The notes below the pieces were generated by a model, which made no database searches, was not told where the DNA came from, and saw only the letters and a list, made by a program, of their open reading frames with translations. The position numbers and the translations under genes are program-made. A DNA stretch of 32,630 nt from Patescibacteria group bacterium. Lineage in GTDB: Bacteria; Patescibacteriota; WWE3; 9FT-COMBO-53-11. The DNA lies in contig DATDSA010000013.1 of NCBI GenBank assembly GCA_035291485.1, positions 1 through 32,630 of the forward strand. Direction: 5' to 3'. Shown here piece by piece: positions 13,856 to 22,048 of the stretch. Position 1 is the stretch's first letter; every line of letters begins with the position of its first letter.

Positions 13856-15037
13856 CGCTTTAACAAGCTGGGGGTCGCGACCGGCTTCAATATCGGCATC
13901 GGTTAGTGCCACCACGTAGTCCGGTTCCAAACCCTTTTCGTGGATCCACTTTCCGGAAGGAGTGAGCCATTTGGCGATGGATAGATGGAGTCCGGAACCG
14001 TCATCAAAATCAACCGCATCCTGCACGGTTCCCTTGCCAAAACTCTTCTCCCCCACCAGGGTGGCATCGGCTCGTTCCTCCAACGCCGCCGCCAGAATCT
14101 CAGAGGCGGAGGCGGAACCCTCGTCGATCAGTATCACCACCGGGGTTCCGGCAAAGGCGTGATCGCCTTTTGTCGGCTGGACCGAAAGAGTGGACCGTCC
14201 TCCGTTCGTGTCCTCCTGAATCACCACCGTTCCGCTCGTCAAAAACTCGGAAGACAGATAGACCGAACCTGACAGGTACCCCCCGGGATTGCTGCGCAGG
14301 TCCAGAACGATGCCACGCGCGTTCTTGGTTTTTGCTACCGCCTCGTCCCACTCACCGTTGGTGCTCTCCCCAAAGCGGGAAACCTTGAGGTAGAAGATCC
14401 CGTTCCCCTTGTCCTCCCAGGTGACACTCTTGACCGTGATCTGGGCGCGGGTTATCGAAACCTTGAAGGAGGAAGCGGAACCGCGCTGGAGCGTCAGACC
14501 CACCACCGTCCCCGCCTTCCCGCGGATTTTGTTGACGGCTTCCGTGACCGAGAGGCCAATCGTTGATGATCCGTCAATCTCGAGGATTTTGTCTCCCGCC
14601 CGGATCCCCTGTGCTTCCGCCGGAGAGCCACTGAGAGGAGCCACAATAATCAGCTGGTCATTGCGGATTCCCAACTCCGCCCCGACTCCTTCGTAAACCC
14701 CTTCCAAACTGTCGTTGAACGCGGTGTTTTCGGTCGGATCAAGAAAGGAGGTGTAGGGGTCGCCGAGAGCCTTAACCAGACCGGAGATCGCCCCGTAGAG
14801 CAACTTGGTCCCCTCGACCGGGCGAAAGAGGTAATCCGCGTTGATCCTTTCCAGGACATCCCAGAGCGGGGAGAAGTCAATGGAACCGCTGGTGATGCGT
14901 TTGTTCTCAATACTGAGAGAGGGAGGATTAAGCTCGAGATTGAATTGGTAACCGGCGAACCCCAACTGCCAGCCGCCCAGAAAAACCGCCAGCAGAATCA
15001 GAATAAAAGCAAAATTTTTGCGAAGGAATAGTTTCAC
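13838..15037 (-). CDS. ctpA: Carboxy-terminal processing (S41) peptidase with a PDZ domain and an N-terminal membrane anchor
   Basis: 399 aa. PDZ region [28 protein letters not shown], and catalytic context [15 protein letters not shown]. Confidence 0.85.
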   Translation of the reverse strand: MKLFLRKNFAFILILLAVFLGGWQLGFAGYQFNLELNPPSLSIENKRITSGSIDFSPLWDVLERINADYLFRPVEGTKLLYGAISGLVKALGDPYTSFLDPTENTAFNDSLEGVYEGVGAELGIRNDQLIIVAPLSGSPAEAQGIRAGDKILEIDGSSTIGLSVTEAVNKIRGKAGTVVGLTLQRGSASSFKVSITRAQITVKSVTWEDKGNGIFYLKVSRFGESTNGEWDEAVAKTKNARGIVLDLRSNPGGYLSGSVYLSSEFLTSGTVVIQEDTNGGRSTLSVQPTKGDHAFAGTPVVILIDEGSASASEILAAALEERADATLVGEKSFGKGTVQDAVDFDDGSGLHLSIAKWLTPSGKWIHEKGLEPDYVVALTDADIEAGRDPQLVKALDLLK

Positions 15038-15076
15038 AACTTTTCAAGGATACCTCAAATGGGAGTGCGCCGTCAC

Positions 15077-15352
15077 CTAGGCCACGATGCGGTACGGCAG
15101 AAGCCCCAGGTTCCGGCCGCGTTTGATTTCCTTAGCGATCGCGCGCTGGTGGCGGGCGCAGAGCCCGGAACGGGTCCGGGGGCGGATCTTGCCCCGCTTG
15201 GTCAGGAAACGGATCAGCATATCATCCTGCCGGTAGTCCGGTTCCATCTTCTTTTCACAGAAATAGCAGCGGGAACGGACCCGCGAGCGCGCCGCCAGGG
15301 TCCGGCGCGTCCGGGCCTCATCCTGAACGGTCTTCTTAAAACGGGATTTCAT
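15077..15352 (-). CDS. rpsR: Ribosomal protein S18
   Basis: 91 aa. CYFCEKKMEPDYRQDDMLIRFLTKRGKIRPRTRSGLCARHQRAIAKEIKRGRNLGLLPY. Confidence 0.9.
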   Translation of the reverse strand: MKSRFKKTVQDEARTRRTLAARSRVRSRCYFCEKKMEPDYRQDDMLIRFLTKRGKIRPRTRSGLCARHQRAIAKEIKRGRNLGLLPYRIVA

Positions 15353-15824
15353 CTTCGCTTACCTCCTCACTACCGGCACCCTTGGCTGGCTCCTTCGCTT
15401 TTTCCGATTTTTCCTCATCGGGGAGTTGGATCTCCTCTTCTTTAGGAGCGGGTTGTTCCGGCGCTGTTACGCTCTCTCCCGTTGGCGCTCCCTTCGAATC
15501 CAAGAGCACCATATCCTCCATCACGATTTCGGTCCGCTGGCGAGTAACTCCGTCCTTGCCCTCCCAACTGCGGGTTTGCAATCGCCCCTCGGCGTAAACC
15601 TTCCGGCCTTTTTTGAGAAACTGGCTGCAGAGTTCGGCGAGCTTTCCCCAGGCCACCAAATTGTGAAACTCGACCTCTTCTTTCTTTTCTCCCTCCTTGG
15701 AGGTCCAACTCCGATTGGTGGCCAATCCAAAAGAGGTAACCGCTTTGCCGTCCGGGGTGTAGCGCATTTCCGGATCCCGAGTCAGGTTGCCGATTAAGAT
15801 GACTTTGTTTACTGATCTTGACAT
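15336..15824 (-). CDS. ssb: Single-stranded DNA-binding protein
   Basis: 162 aa. The OB-fold N-terminus is NKVILIGNLTRDPEMRYTPDG and the acidic tail ends DEIPF. Confidence 0.9.
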   Translation of the reverse strand: MSRSVNKVILIGNLTRDPEMRYTPDGKAVTSFGLATNRSWTSKEGEKKEEVEFHNLVAWGKLAELCSQFLKKGRKVYAEGRLQTRSWEGKDGVTRQRTEIVMEDMVLLDSKGAPTGESVTAPEQPAPKEEEIQLPDEEKSEKAKEPAKGAGSEEVSEDEIPF

Positions 15825-15841
15825 TTTGTTTCTTAAAAATG

Positions 15842-16162
15842 CTAGCTCTGTTTTCCCAGAGCGTCCATTTTATCCTTTACCGCACCCCCTTTGATGATCA
15901 ACACGCGAACAATACCCTCCTCCCGCTCCAACTGCCGCCGCAGGTCCCGCACCTTGTCCGGGCTGAGTTCCAACTGGAAACGGCCGAAACTGGCTTGGCC
16001 GATTCCTTTGATAGGGTAGGCTAAGCTTTTCATCCCCAGGCTTTCGGTCTGAGTGGTCTTTCCTCCTAGCTTCTGGACCGACTCCTCAATATCCCCAATC
16101 GTCTTCTTCGACCTATCCGGGGTGAGATCAGGCTTCAACGCGATCGTTAACTCATATTTCAT
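15842..16162 (-). CDS. rpsF: Ribosomal protein S6
   Basis: 106 aa, beginning MKYELTIALKPDL. Classic rpsF-ssb-rpsR gene order. Confidence 0.9.
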   Translation of the reverse strand: MKYELTIALKPDLTPDRSKKTIGDIEESVQKLGGKTTQTESLGMKSLAYPIKGIGQASFGRFQLELSPDKVRDLRRQLEREEGIVRVLIIKGGAVKDKMDALGKQS

Positions 16163-16221
16163 TTTTGTTTCTTAAAAAATGGTAGGTCGTTTCTTCGGCC
16201 GTCCATGCTTTAGAAATCTTA

Positions 16222-17580
16222 TCACAACTTTTTCACGATTGGACCCTTTTCCGTATCTTCAACTGTGAAGCCGGCTTGCTCAATCCTTATCCGCAGATCA
16301 TCGGCCGCGGTCCAGTTGTCCTCCCGCCTCTCGCGCTCCCGCTCGCGGACCAATTCCAGCACTTCCTCCGGAACTTCAACCTCTTCCACTTCAGCGAGCT
16401 GTAAACCGAAAACCAGATCCATTTGCAGCAGGGTTTTCATCCGGGCCGCCGTCGGCATTCGCTGGTCTCGGACCAGCTTCCACATCAGCGCCAGAGCCTC
16501 CGGGAGGTTGAGATCGTCGCTGATCAGTTCCTCAAACTTGTTTTCGTATTCCGCGCACCCCACCTGCCCCGGCGCATCCCAATTGGAAACTTCGTCGTAA
16601 AGTTTCTCGAGGGCAATCGCCGCCGCCTCCAATCCCGCCCAGGTAAAATTGAGCTCCCCTCGATAATGGGCCGTCAGGCAAAGATAGCGGAAGGCCAACG
16701 GGTCAAACTCCTTTTGGACTAGCGTATCGAATTCGATATAGTTTCCGACAGACTTGCTCATCTTTTTCCCCTCAACCAAGAGCGTTCCAACGTGCACCCA
16801 AAAATCAGCGAGCTTCTTACCGGTCGCCGCTTCTGACTGAGCAATCTCGTTCTCGTGATGAGGAAATTTGAGATCCATCCCCCCACCGTGGATGTCCAGG
16901 GTATCACCGAGGTGGATCCGGCTCATCACGGAGCATTCGATGTGCCAGCCCGGCCGACCCTTCCCCCAGGGAGAATCCCAAACCGCCTCGGCCTCTTCCT
17001 CCCCTTCTTCGGCTCTCTTCCAGAGCGAGAAATCGGCCACCTCCTCCCGCTCGTACTTGTCAGCCGCCACCCGAGTACCGGTCTTAGCTTCGGCCAGCTT
17101 CCGGCCGGACAACTTGCCGTAATCTTTGAACTTGGAAACGTCGTAGTAGACCGAACCCTCCTTTTCGTAGGCGTACTCCTTCTTCACCAGGGTCTCGATC
17201 ATCTGAATGATTTCCCGGATGTGCTCGGTCACCCGCGGAAACGCGGCCGGGGATTCGATGTTAAGTTTTTCCAGGTCCAGATAGAAGTGTTCGATGTAGC
17301 GGTCGGCCAATTCTTTGATTGAAATTTTTTGCTTCCGGGCTTCTTCGATCATCGAATCGTGAACGTCGGTCAGATTCAGGACGTGCTCGACCGTATAACC
17401 GTTGTACTCCAGGACTCGTTTCAGAAAATCGAAGTTGGTATAGGTACGGGCATGGCCCAGATGGGAGGGGCCGTAGACGGTCGGGCCGCAGGTGTACATC
17501 GTCACCCGATTGGGATTTTGGGGCTTAAATTCTTCTTTTTTGCGGGTCAAGGAGTTATACAGTTTCAGATTTTCCTTCAT
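16222..17580 (-). CDS. cysS: Cysteinyl-tRNA synthetase
   Basis: 452 aa. HIGH motif as HLGHARTY and KMSKS as KKMSKSVGN. Confidence 0.92.
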   Translation of the reverse strand: MKENLKLYNSLTRKKEEFKPQNPNRVTMYTCGPTVYGPSHLGHARTYTNFDFLKRVLEYNGYTVEHVLNLTDVHDSMIEEARKQKISIKELADRYIEHFYLDLEKLNIESPAAFPRVTEHIREIIQMIETLVKKEYAYEKEGSVYYDVSKFKDYGKLSGRKLAEAKTGTRVAADKYEREEVADFSLWKRAEEGEEEAEAVWDSPWGKGRPGWHIECSVMSRIHLGDTLDIHGGGMDLKFPHHENEIAQSEAATGKKLADFWVHVGTLLVEGKKMSKSVGNYIEFDTLVQKEFDPLAFRYLCLTAHYRGELNFTWAGLEAAAIALEKLYDEVSNWDAPGQVGCAEYENKFEELISDDLNLPEALALMWKLVRDQRMPTAARMKTLLQMDLVFGLQLAEVEEVEVPEEVLELVRERERERREDNWTAADDLRIRIEQAGFTVEDTEKGPIVKKL

Positions 17581-17587
17581 ACACTAA

Positions 17588-17596
17588 ATACTAGCA
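17588..17596 (-). promoter_or_regulatory. Extended -10 TGCTAGTAT, 7 nt upstream of the cysS ATG (leaderless configuration)
   Basis: The minus strand reads TGCTAGTAT-ttagtgt-ATG. No SD. Confidence 0.4.
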
Positions 17597-17685
17597 ATTC
17601 TTAAATTAGCTTCAGGCGACATCTATCCTATTTTCGGGCAAAACGAGAAAACAGGGCTTTTTTCGTAGGGAAAAGGCCTATAACG

Positions 17686-17694
17686 TGTTAAAAT
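17686..17694 (+). promoter_or_regulatory. Extended -10 TGTTAAAAT for the 17727 gene
   Basis: Followed by a ~25-nt leader with SD AAAGGAGG. Confidence 0.4.
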
Positions 17695-17726
17695 AAACTA
17701 ACCATTTAAGAAAGGAGGATAGAGAG

Positions 17727-18200
17727 ATGGGCAATCGTAAAACGCCCACGGCGGCAGACTTCCTGACGATCGAGGAGCTTAGTCCGGAACTGGTTCGAAA
17801 GCTCGGCTACCTCCCCCAGTGCACGTACGGTGACCTGACCATCAACGGTCATCTCGTGAACGAAAACTGCGGCCGGGAGGCCAGCTGGTCGATCAACGGC
17901 GATCACTACTGTGTGACTCACAAAATGGTAATTGTGGATCTGTGGGAAGTGATGATTGCCGATTGGATCAAGCGGCCAAAGCCGGCGCAGGACCCCGACC
18001 TGGAACTCCTGGAGCTCATTCGAGACGAGCTCAAGCCTCCGGTAATCGAGGTCTACCCGAGCGTGAACGTGGGGAAGGTTGTCAAGGATCTTTCGCTCCC
18101 CGAAACACCAGCCGGCCGCAGCTTAGCCGCTTGGTACCTGTGGGAGATGGGGATCTTTGACATCCACGAGAGGGCCGGGTTTTTCAACGAGCAGTCGTGA
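17727..18200 (+). CDS. Hypothetical protein, 157 aa, with a possible Cys/His metal site (C..C..C..H)
   Basis: Good SD and ATG, with a terminator overlapping its stop. I recognise no family. Confidence 0.5.
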   Translation: MGNRKTPTAADFLTIEELSPELVRKLGYLPQCTYGDLTINGHLVNENCGREASWSINGDHYCVTHKMVIVDLWEVMIADWIKRPKPAQDPDLELLELIRDELKPPVIEVYPSVNVGKVVKDLSLPETPAGRSLAAWYLWEMGIFDIHERAGFFNEQS

Positions 18201-18225
18201 GCCACCCACGACTGCTAATTTTTTT
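18191..18225 (+). terminator. Intrinsic terminator GCAGTCGT-gagccaccc-ACGACTGC + TAATTTTTTT
   Basis: An 8-bp stem whose 5' arm includes the stop codon, then a T7 run. Lies between convergent genes. Confidence 0.6.
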
Positions 18226-19198
18226 AGAGCACCAAAACGGAGGCAATCGCAAGGTAGATCAGGACGCTCAAAGTATCCTGCACAATGGTGACCAAGGGAT
18301 CAACCCCCACGGCGGGATCTTTACCCAACTTGTGAAACGCATAAGTGAAGAAAAGAGCAATGCCGGTGGAAATCGTGATCCCGATAAACATCGCTAACCC
18401 GACCGTTTCCGACACTGCTAAAGAGCCAAACATCAGCAGAGAGAAAAGAAATATTAATCCTCCTAAAATCGCCCCTAAAAGCAAACCGACCGACATCTCT
18501 TTGATGACATAACGTCCAAGAGATACTTTTTCCAGCGCCAAACCCCGCACGAAAAGCGTTACCGTTTGGGTCCCGACGGCGTCGTTCATGTAGGCAATTA
18601 CCGGAATAAAGAAAGCCAGGGCAATCACTTGATCGAGAAGCGGTTCAAACCGGCTCACGATCACGGTCGTCAACATTCCGCCCACCAACCCGATTAAAAG
18701 CCAAGGAATCCGCAAACGGAATAGTGTCAAAGCCCGGGCTTTAAAGATATCAACCACTTTTTCATCCTTAAGAATTCCCGCTCTCGTCAGAAGCTTTTCA
18801 GTGTGAGACTCGTGAAGAATATTCAATAATTCCTCAGCATCAACGGTACCCAGAAATTTTCCGGTTTCGGTTTGGGTAACCGGAATGGAATCTAAATCAT
18901 GCCGGATTGCCAAAATCGCAACTTTCTCCTCGTGGGTGTGTGAACCCACAGAGGGATAGTCTTTATTAAAAATTTCAGAAATCTTATTTGTGTCTGGGGA
19001 CTCTAGCAAATTTCGGGTGGAAAGAACCCCCAAGTACTTCCGTTCCTGATCGTTATTTACGACAAAAATGTGATGGGAGGATTCCCATTTTTCCGCCCGC
19101 ACTCTCCGCAAAACATTACCAACGGTTTGATGGGGGTAAGCTACCGGGACCCTCGTAATAATGTGGTCAAGCGCCGTATCTTTTATCTCTTCCATCAA
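18224..19198 (-). CDS. mgtE: Magnesium transporter MgtE (CBS pair + TM domain, no MgtE_N domain)
   Basis: 324 aa. A CBS-like N-terminal half and a TM-domain motif, NDAVGTQTVTLFVRGLA. Confidence 0.85.
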   Translation of the reverse strand: MMEEIKDTALDHIITRVPVAYPHQTVGNVLRRVRAEKWESSHHIFVVNNDQERKYLGVLSTRNLLESPDTNKISEIFNKDYPSVGSHTHEEKVAILAIRHDLDSIPVTQTETGKFLGTVDAEELLNILHESHTEKLLTRAGILKDEKVVDIFKARALTLFRLRIPWLLIGLVGGMLTTVIVSRFEPLLDQVIALAFFIPVIAYMNDAVGTQTVTLFVRGLALEKVSLGRYVIKEMSVGLLLGAILGGLIFLFSLLMFGSLAVSETVGLAMFIGITISTGIALFFTYAFHKLGKDPAVGVDPLVTIVQDTLSVLIYLAIASVLVL

Positions 19199-19270
19199 AA
19201 ATCCTGGCGACCCTCAAGCGCCTTAGTACTGTCCTCGCTTCGCTCGGTTGGACTAAATCTTTCTGGCATT

Positions 19271-19942
19271 TTAGAAGTCCTGCCTACCTTCAAGAGCTTT
19301 AGTTAAAGTCAGCGCATCGGCGTACTCCAAATCCCCACCGGTCGGGATCCCGCTCGCAAGACGAGTGATCCTGATTTGACCGGTGTTCGGCTGCTGGCCA
19401 ATGACCTTCTTGAGATACATCGCAGTGGCTTCTCCCTCCAGCGAAGGGTTGAGAGCCAAAATCATTTCTTTAATCGGTTCAGTTTTCAGTCGGTTCATCA
19501 ATTCATCTATTTTCAGATTTTCCGGACCGACGTGCTCCAACGGAGAAATCACCCCGTGGAGAACGTGATAGACCCCGGGATATTTGCCGGTCTTTTCAAA
19601 AGAAATCAGATCCAACGGATCTTCAACGACGCAGATCGTGGCCGGATCGCGCCTCTCATCGGCGCAAACTAAGCAGAGTACTGGTTCGGAGACGCTCGCT
19701 TCGCCGACATTGGACGGCTCGCCTTCGGCGAACCTAGCAACGTGTGCCTCGCACACGTTGTAACAACGGGAGCACAACTGGGTTTCTTTTCCCACCGCCA
19801 GGACCGAGTTTCCGAGCGCTTGCCGCTCGCTCTCCGGAACCCGGAGCAAATAGAATCCCAACCGGGCGGCCGATTTTGGTCCGATTCCGGGCAGGCGCTC
19901 CAGCGCTTCGATCAAGTTCTCAATCGCCTTCGGTAGTCTCAT
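19271..19942 (-). CDS. recR: Recombination protein RecR
   Basis: 223 aa. HhH LPGIGPKSAARL, a Cys4 finger, and Toprim ICVVEDPLDLISFEKTG. Confidence 0.9.
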   Translation of the reverse strand: MRLPKAIENLIEALERLPGIGPKSAARLGFYLLRVPESERQALGNSVLAVGKETQLCSRCYNVCEAHVARFAEGEPSNVGEASVSEPVLCLVCADERRDPATICVVEDPLDLISFEKTGKYPGVYHVLHGVISPLEHVGPENLKIDELMNRLKTEPIKEMILALNPSLEGEATAMYLKKVIGQQPNTGQIRITRLASGIPTGGDLEYADALTLTKALEGRQDF

Positions 19943-19949
19943 GCGGTTC

Positions 19950-21377
19950 TTAGCGTTTCTTCTCCATTTCTTTCAACTCCACCTTTATCTTTATCCCCTT
20001 ACCGTAGACCTCCTGAACGGCGGTCTCCAGAATTTTCCGGTTTCGCGGGTCATCCAGCCGCTCCTTGTGGAAGGGGTAGAAGGCACTGATCGTCAGGTTT
20101 TTTCCTCGGAGTTCGCCGGTGGCGGAACGCAGGAATGCCTCCACCGAATGGTTAAGAGGCTTAACCGCCATCATCAGCGCCGACCACTGATCATCCGGTT
20201 TACTGATTTCAGCCCGAGGCTGATCCGTCTTGGGCGGAAATTGGTTAATTGGTTGATTAGTTTCCTGGATCTCCGATTCTTTTTTACCCCCGTTACTGTC
20301 TTTACTGGCGTCACTGACTTTATTCTCGTTACTTGCCACTTCCACTACCGCCACTTCCAGCGGTAGGCTAGGAATTACCGCCTGAGAAAGATAATCGTAA
20401 GCTTGGGTAAATTTATTAATCATTTCTTCCAATTTTTCCTCGCTGATTTCCTGAGCCTGCCGAGACATCACTTTGTATTGTTCGGCCGGTACTTCCACCA
20501 ACTCATCCCCCACTCCGACTTTAATTAGCAACAGATCCCGCAAGTATTCCAAGATCTTTTCCCCCAAATCATCCATCGCTATCCCTTGAGAAGAGAGATC
20601 GTTGACGAAAACCAATGCCGGTGCGACCTGGCCGGCAATGAGATTATCGAAGAAACCTCCCAGATCCGCCAGCTTGGAGAAACCGACCAGGTCTTCGATC
20701 TTGGCGCCGCCGATCAAAACCTGCTCCAACAGAGTTTCGGCGTCGCGAAAACCGCCTCCCGCCGCTTTGGCGATCTGTTCCAGGTTCTCGTCGCTGATCT
20801 TCGCCTTCTCTCTCTTCACGATCTCCTTGAGCTTCTCCACGATCAACGCGACCGGAGCCCGTTCAAAAGTAAACCGCTGGCAACGGGAGCGGATCGTCTC
20901 CAAAAGCCGGTGGGGTTCGGTCGTGGCAAGGATGAAGATGGCGTGCGCCGGCGGCTCTTCCAGAGTCTTGAGCAGGGCATTGGAGGCATCCGCCGTCAAC
21001 ATGTGGGCTTCGTCAATGATATAGACCTTATACCGGCCGACGGAAGGGGCGAGCCGAATCTTCTCCCGGAGAGAGCGAATATCCTCGATCCCCCGGTTTG
21101 AGGCGGCGTCGATCTCGATCAGGTCCAGGTAGCGGCCGTCCTCGATCTGCTTGCAGACTCGGCAAACTCCGTCCGGTTCACCAGCTTTGGAGTGCTCGCA
21201 GTTGATGGCCTTGGCGAGAATGCGGGCGGTCGTGGTCTTGCCGGTCCCCCGCGGTCCGGCAAAGAGATAGGCGTGGGCGGTCTTGCCGTCTTTGACCTGG
21301 CTTTGGAGGGTGTTCTTGACAGGATCAAGCCCAACCAATTCGGAAAACTTTTGGGGACGGTAGGTACGATAAAGCAT
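19950..21377 (-). CDS. dnaX: DNA polymerase III subunit gamma/tau
   Basis: Walker A GPRGTGKTTTARILAKAINC, the Zn module CGVCRVC, and SRCQRF. The track starts at TTG 21380, but the adjacent ATG at 21377 is the likely start. Confidence 0.9.
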   Translation of the reverse strand: MLYRTYRPQKFSELVGLDPVKNTLQSQVKDGKTAHAYLFAGPRGTGKTTTARILAKAINCEHSKAGEPDGVCRVCKQIEDGRYLDLIEIDAASNRGIEDIRSLREKIRLAPSVGRYKVYIIDEAHMLTADASNALLKTLEEPPAHAIFILATTEPHRLLETIRSRCQRFTFERAPVALIVEKLKEIVKREKAKISDENLEQIAKAAGGGFRDAETLLEQVLIGGAKIEDLVGFSKLADLGGFFDNLIAGQVAPALVFVNDLSSQGIAMDDLGEKILEYLRDLLLIKVGVGDELVEVPAEQYKVMSRQAQEISEEKLEEMINKFTQAYDYLSQAVIPSLPLEVAVVEVASNENKVSDASKDSNGGKKESEIQETNQPINQFPPKTDQPRAEISKPDDQWSALMMAVKPLNHSVEAFLRSATGELRGKNLTISAFYPFHKERLDDPRNRKILETAVQEVYGKGIKIKVELKEMEKKR

Positions 21378-21382
21378 CAATT

Positions 21383-21446
21383 GATATTAGGATACAACGA
21401 TACAAGGATACAAGGATACAAAGACACAAGTAACAAAGTAAAAAAT
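21383..21446. repeat. Tandem octamer array (consensus GATACAAG) x8, degenerate at both ends
   Basis: Read directly: gatattag gatacaac gatacaag gatacaag gatacaaa gacacaag taacaaag taaaaaat, immediately upstream of the dnaX start. Confidence 0.85.
21384..21413 (-). promoter_or_regulatory. Putative dnaX promoter inside the octamer array: TTGTAT-18 nt-TAATAT, 6 nt before the ATG
   Basis: The minus strand reads TAATAT (21389-21384)-caattg-ATG. There is no SD, and each octamer contributes a TTGTAT -35-like box. Confidence 0.3.
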
Positions 21447-21480
21447 TGGTTTGTAATAGTATATTAATTAAATTAGTATA

Positions 21481-21975
21481 CTATGTGAGACTTCTACTCC
21501 TTTTCATCCAATCCAGAACTCGGGGGATCGCCTCTTCGATCGATTGCTTGATCAATTTGAGTTCCGGGGAAGTGGGCTTTTCGACCACAAATTGATTGGC
21601 CGTCTTCCCAGCCGGCGGCTTGCCGACCCCGATCCGCAACCGCCAAAACTCCTGGGTCCCAAGCTCGTCAATGATGCTCTGCACCCCCTTGTGGCCGGCA
21701 GAAGAACGATTGAATTGGAGCTTCCACTGCCCCGGTTCGAGGTCCAGGTCGTCGTGAACAACAAGCAAATTGCTAATTGGTAATTGATAATTGTTAATTA
21801 ACTCTTTGACTTCCTTCCCAGATTCGTTCATAAAAATCGAGGTTTTGTGGAGCTTTAACTGTTTACTGTCAACTGTTGACTGTTCACCAATCGTGTCAAC
21901 GACTAGTTGACCTACATTATGGCGGGTTTTTTGGTAGCGAGAACCAGGATTTCCAAGACCGACGATGAGTTTCAT
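21481..21975 (-). CDS. pth: Peptidyl-tRNA hydrolase (short form)
   Basis: 164 aa. MKLIVGLGNPGSRYQKTRHNVG, FMNESG, VVHDDLDL, and SSAGHKGVQSI. Confidence 0.85.
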   Translation of the reverse strand: MKLIVGLGNPGSRYQKTRHNVGQLVVDTIGEQSTVDSKQLKLHKTSIFMNESGKEVKELINNYQLPISNLLVVHDDLDLEPGQWKLQFNRSSAGHKGVQSIIDELGTQEFWRLRIGVGKPPAGKTANQFVVEKPTSPELKLIKQSIEEAIPRVLDWMKRSRSLT

Positions 21976-21990
21976 ATCTTTTTTACTATA

Positions 21991-22010
21991 CCCTAACCCC
22001 TAGCCCCTAA
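21991..22010. repeat. Three imperfect CCCTAA/CCCCTA(A/G) units (minus strand TAGGGGC TAGGGGT TAGGGTA)
   Basis: Read directly between the pth start (21975) and the terminator of the upstream paralog gene. Confidence 0.6.
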
Positions 22011-22041
22011 AATAAAAGAGAGCGCGGGGGAAGTCGCGCTC
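22009..22041 (-). terminator. Intrinsic terminator of paralog B (GAGCGCG-acttcccc-CGCGCTC + TCTTTTATTTT on the minus strand)
   Basis: A 7-bp GC stem. The 24 nt gagcgcgggggaagtcgcgctcgg are identical to 22621-22644. Confidence 0.6.
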
Positions 22042-22048
22042 GGAAAGT

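Noticed and set aside
17655-17678. 10-bp hairpin with a T-rich tail on the minus strand upstream of cysS, as a T-box or attenuator leader
   Set aside because: It lies upstream of the cysS extended -10, which is 7 nt from the ATG. The region (146 nt in total) has no T-box sequence or specifier-loop features. More likely it is an insulator or terminator-like hairpin, or part of the divergent promoter region.
20277-20288. A-run (GGT AAA AAA GAA) in dnaX as a programmed -1 frameshift or slippage site producing the gamma subunit
   Set aside because: The zero frame is AAA AAA G, preceded by T. It does not fit the A AAA AAG slippery heptamer, and I saw no downstream stimulatory hairpin or nearby out-of-frame stop.
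21991-22010. CCCTAA-like units as telomeric repeats or a replicon end
   Set aside because: Only three imperfect units are present. They are embedded between a terminator and the pth start, inside a contiguous gene string.
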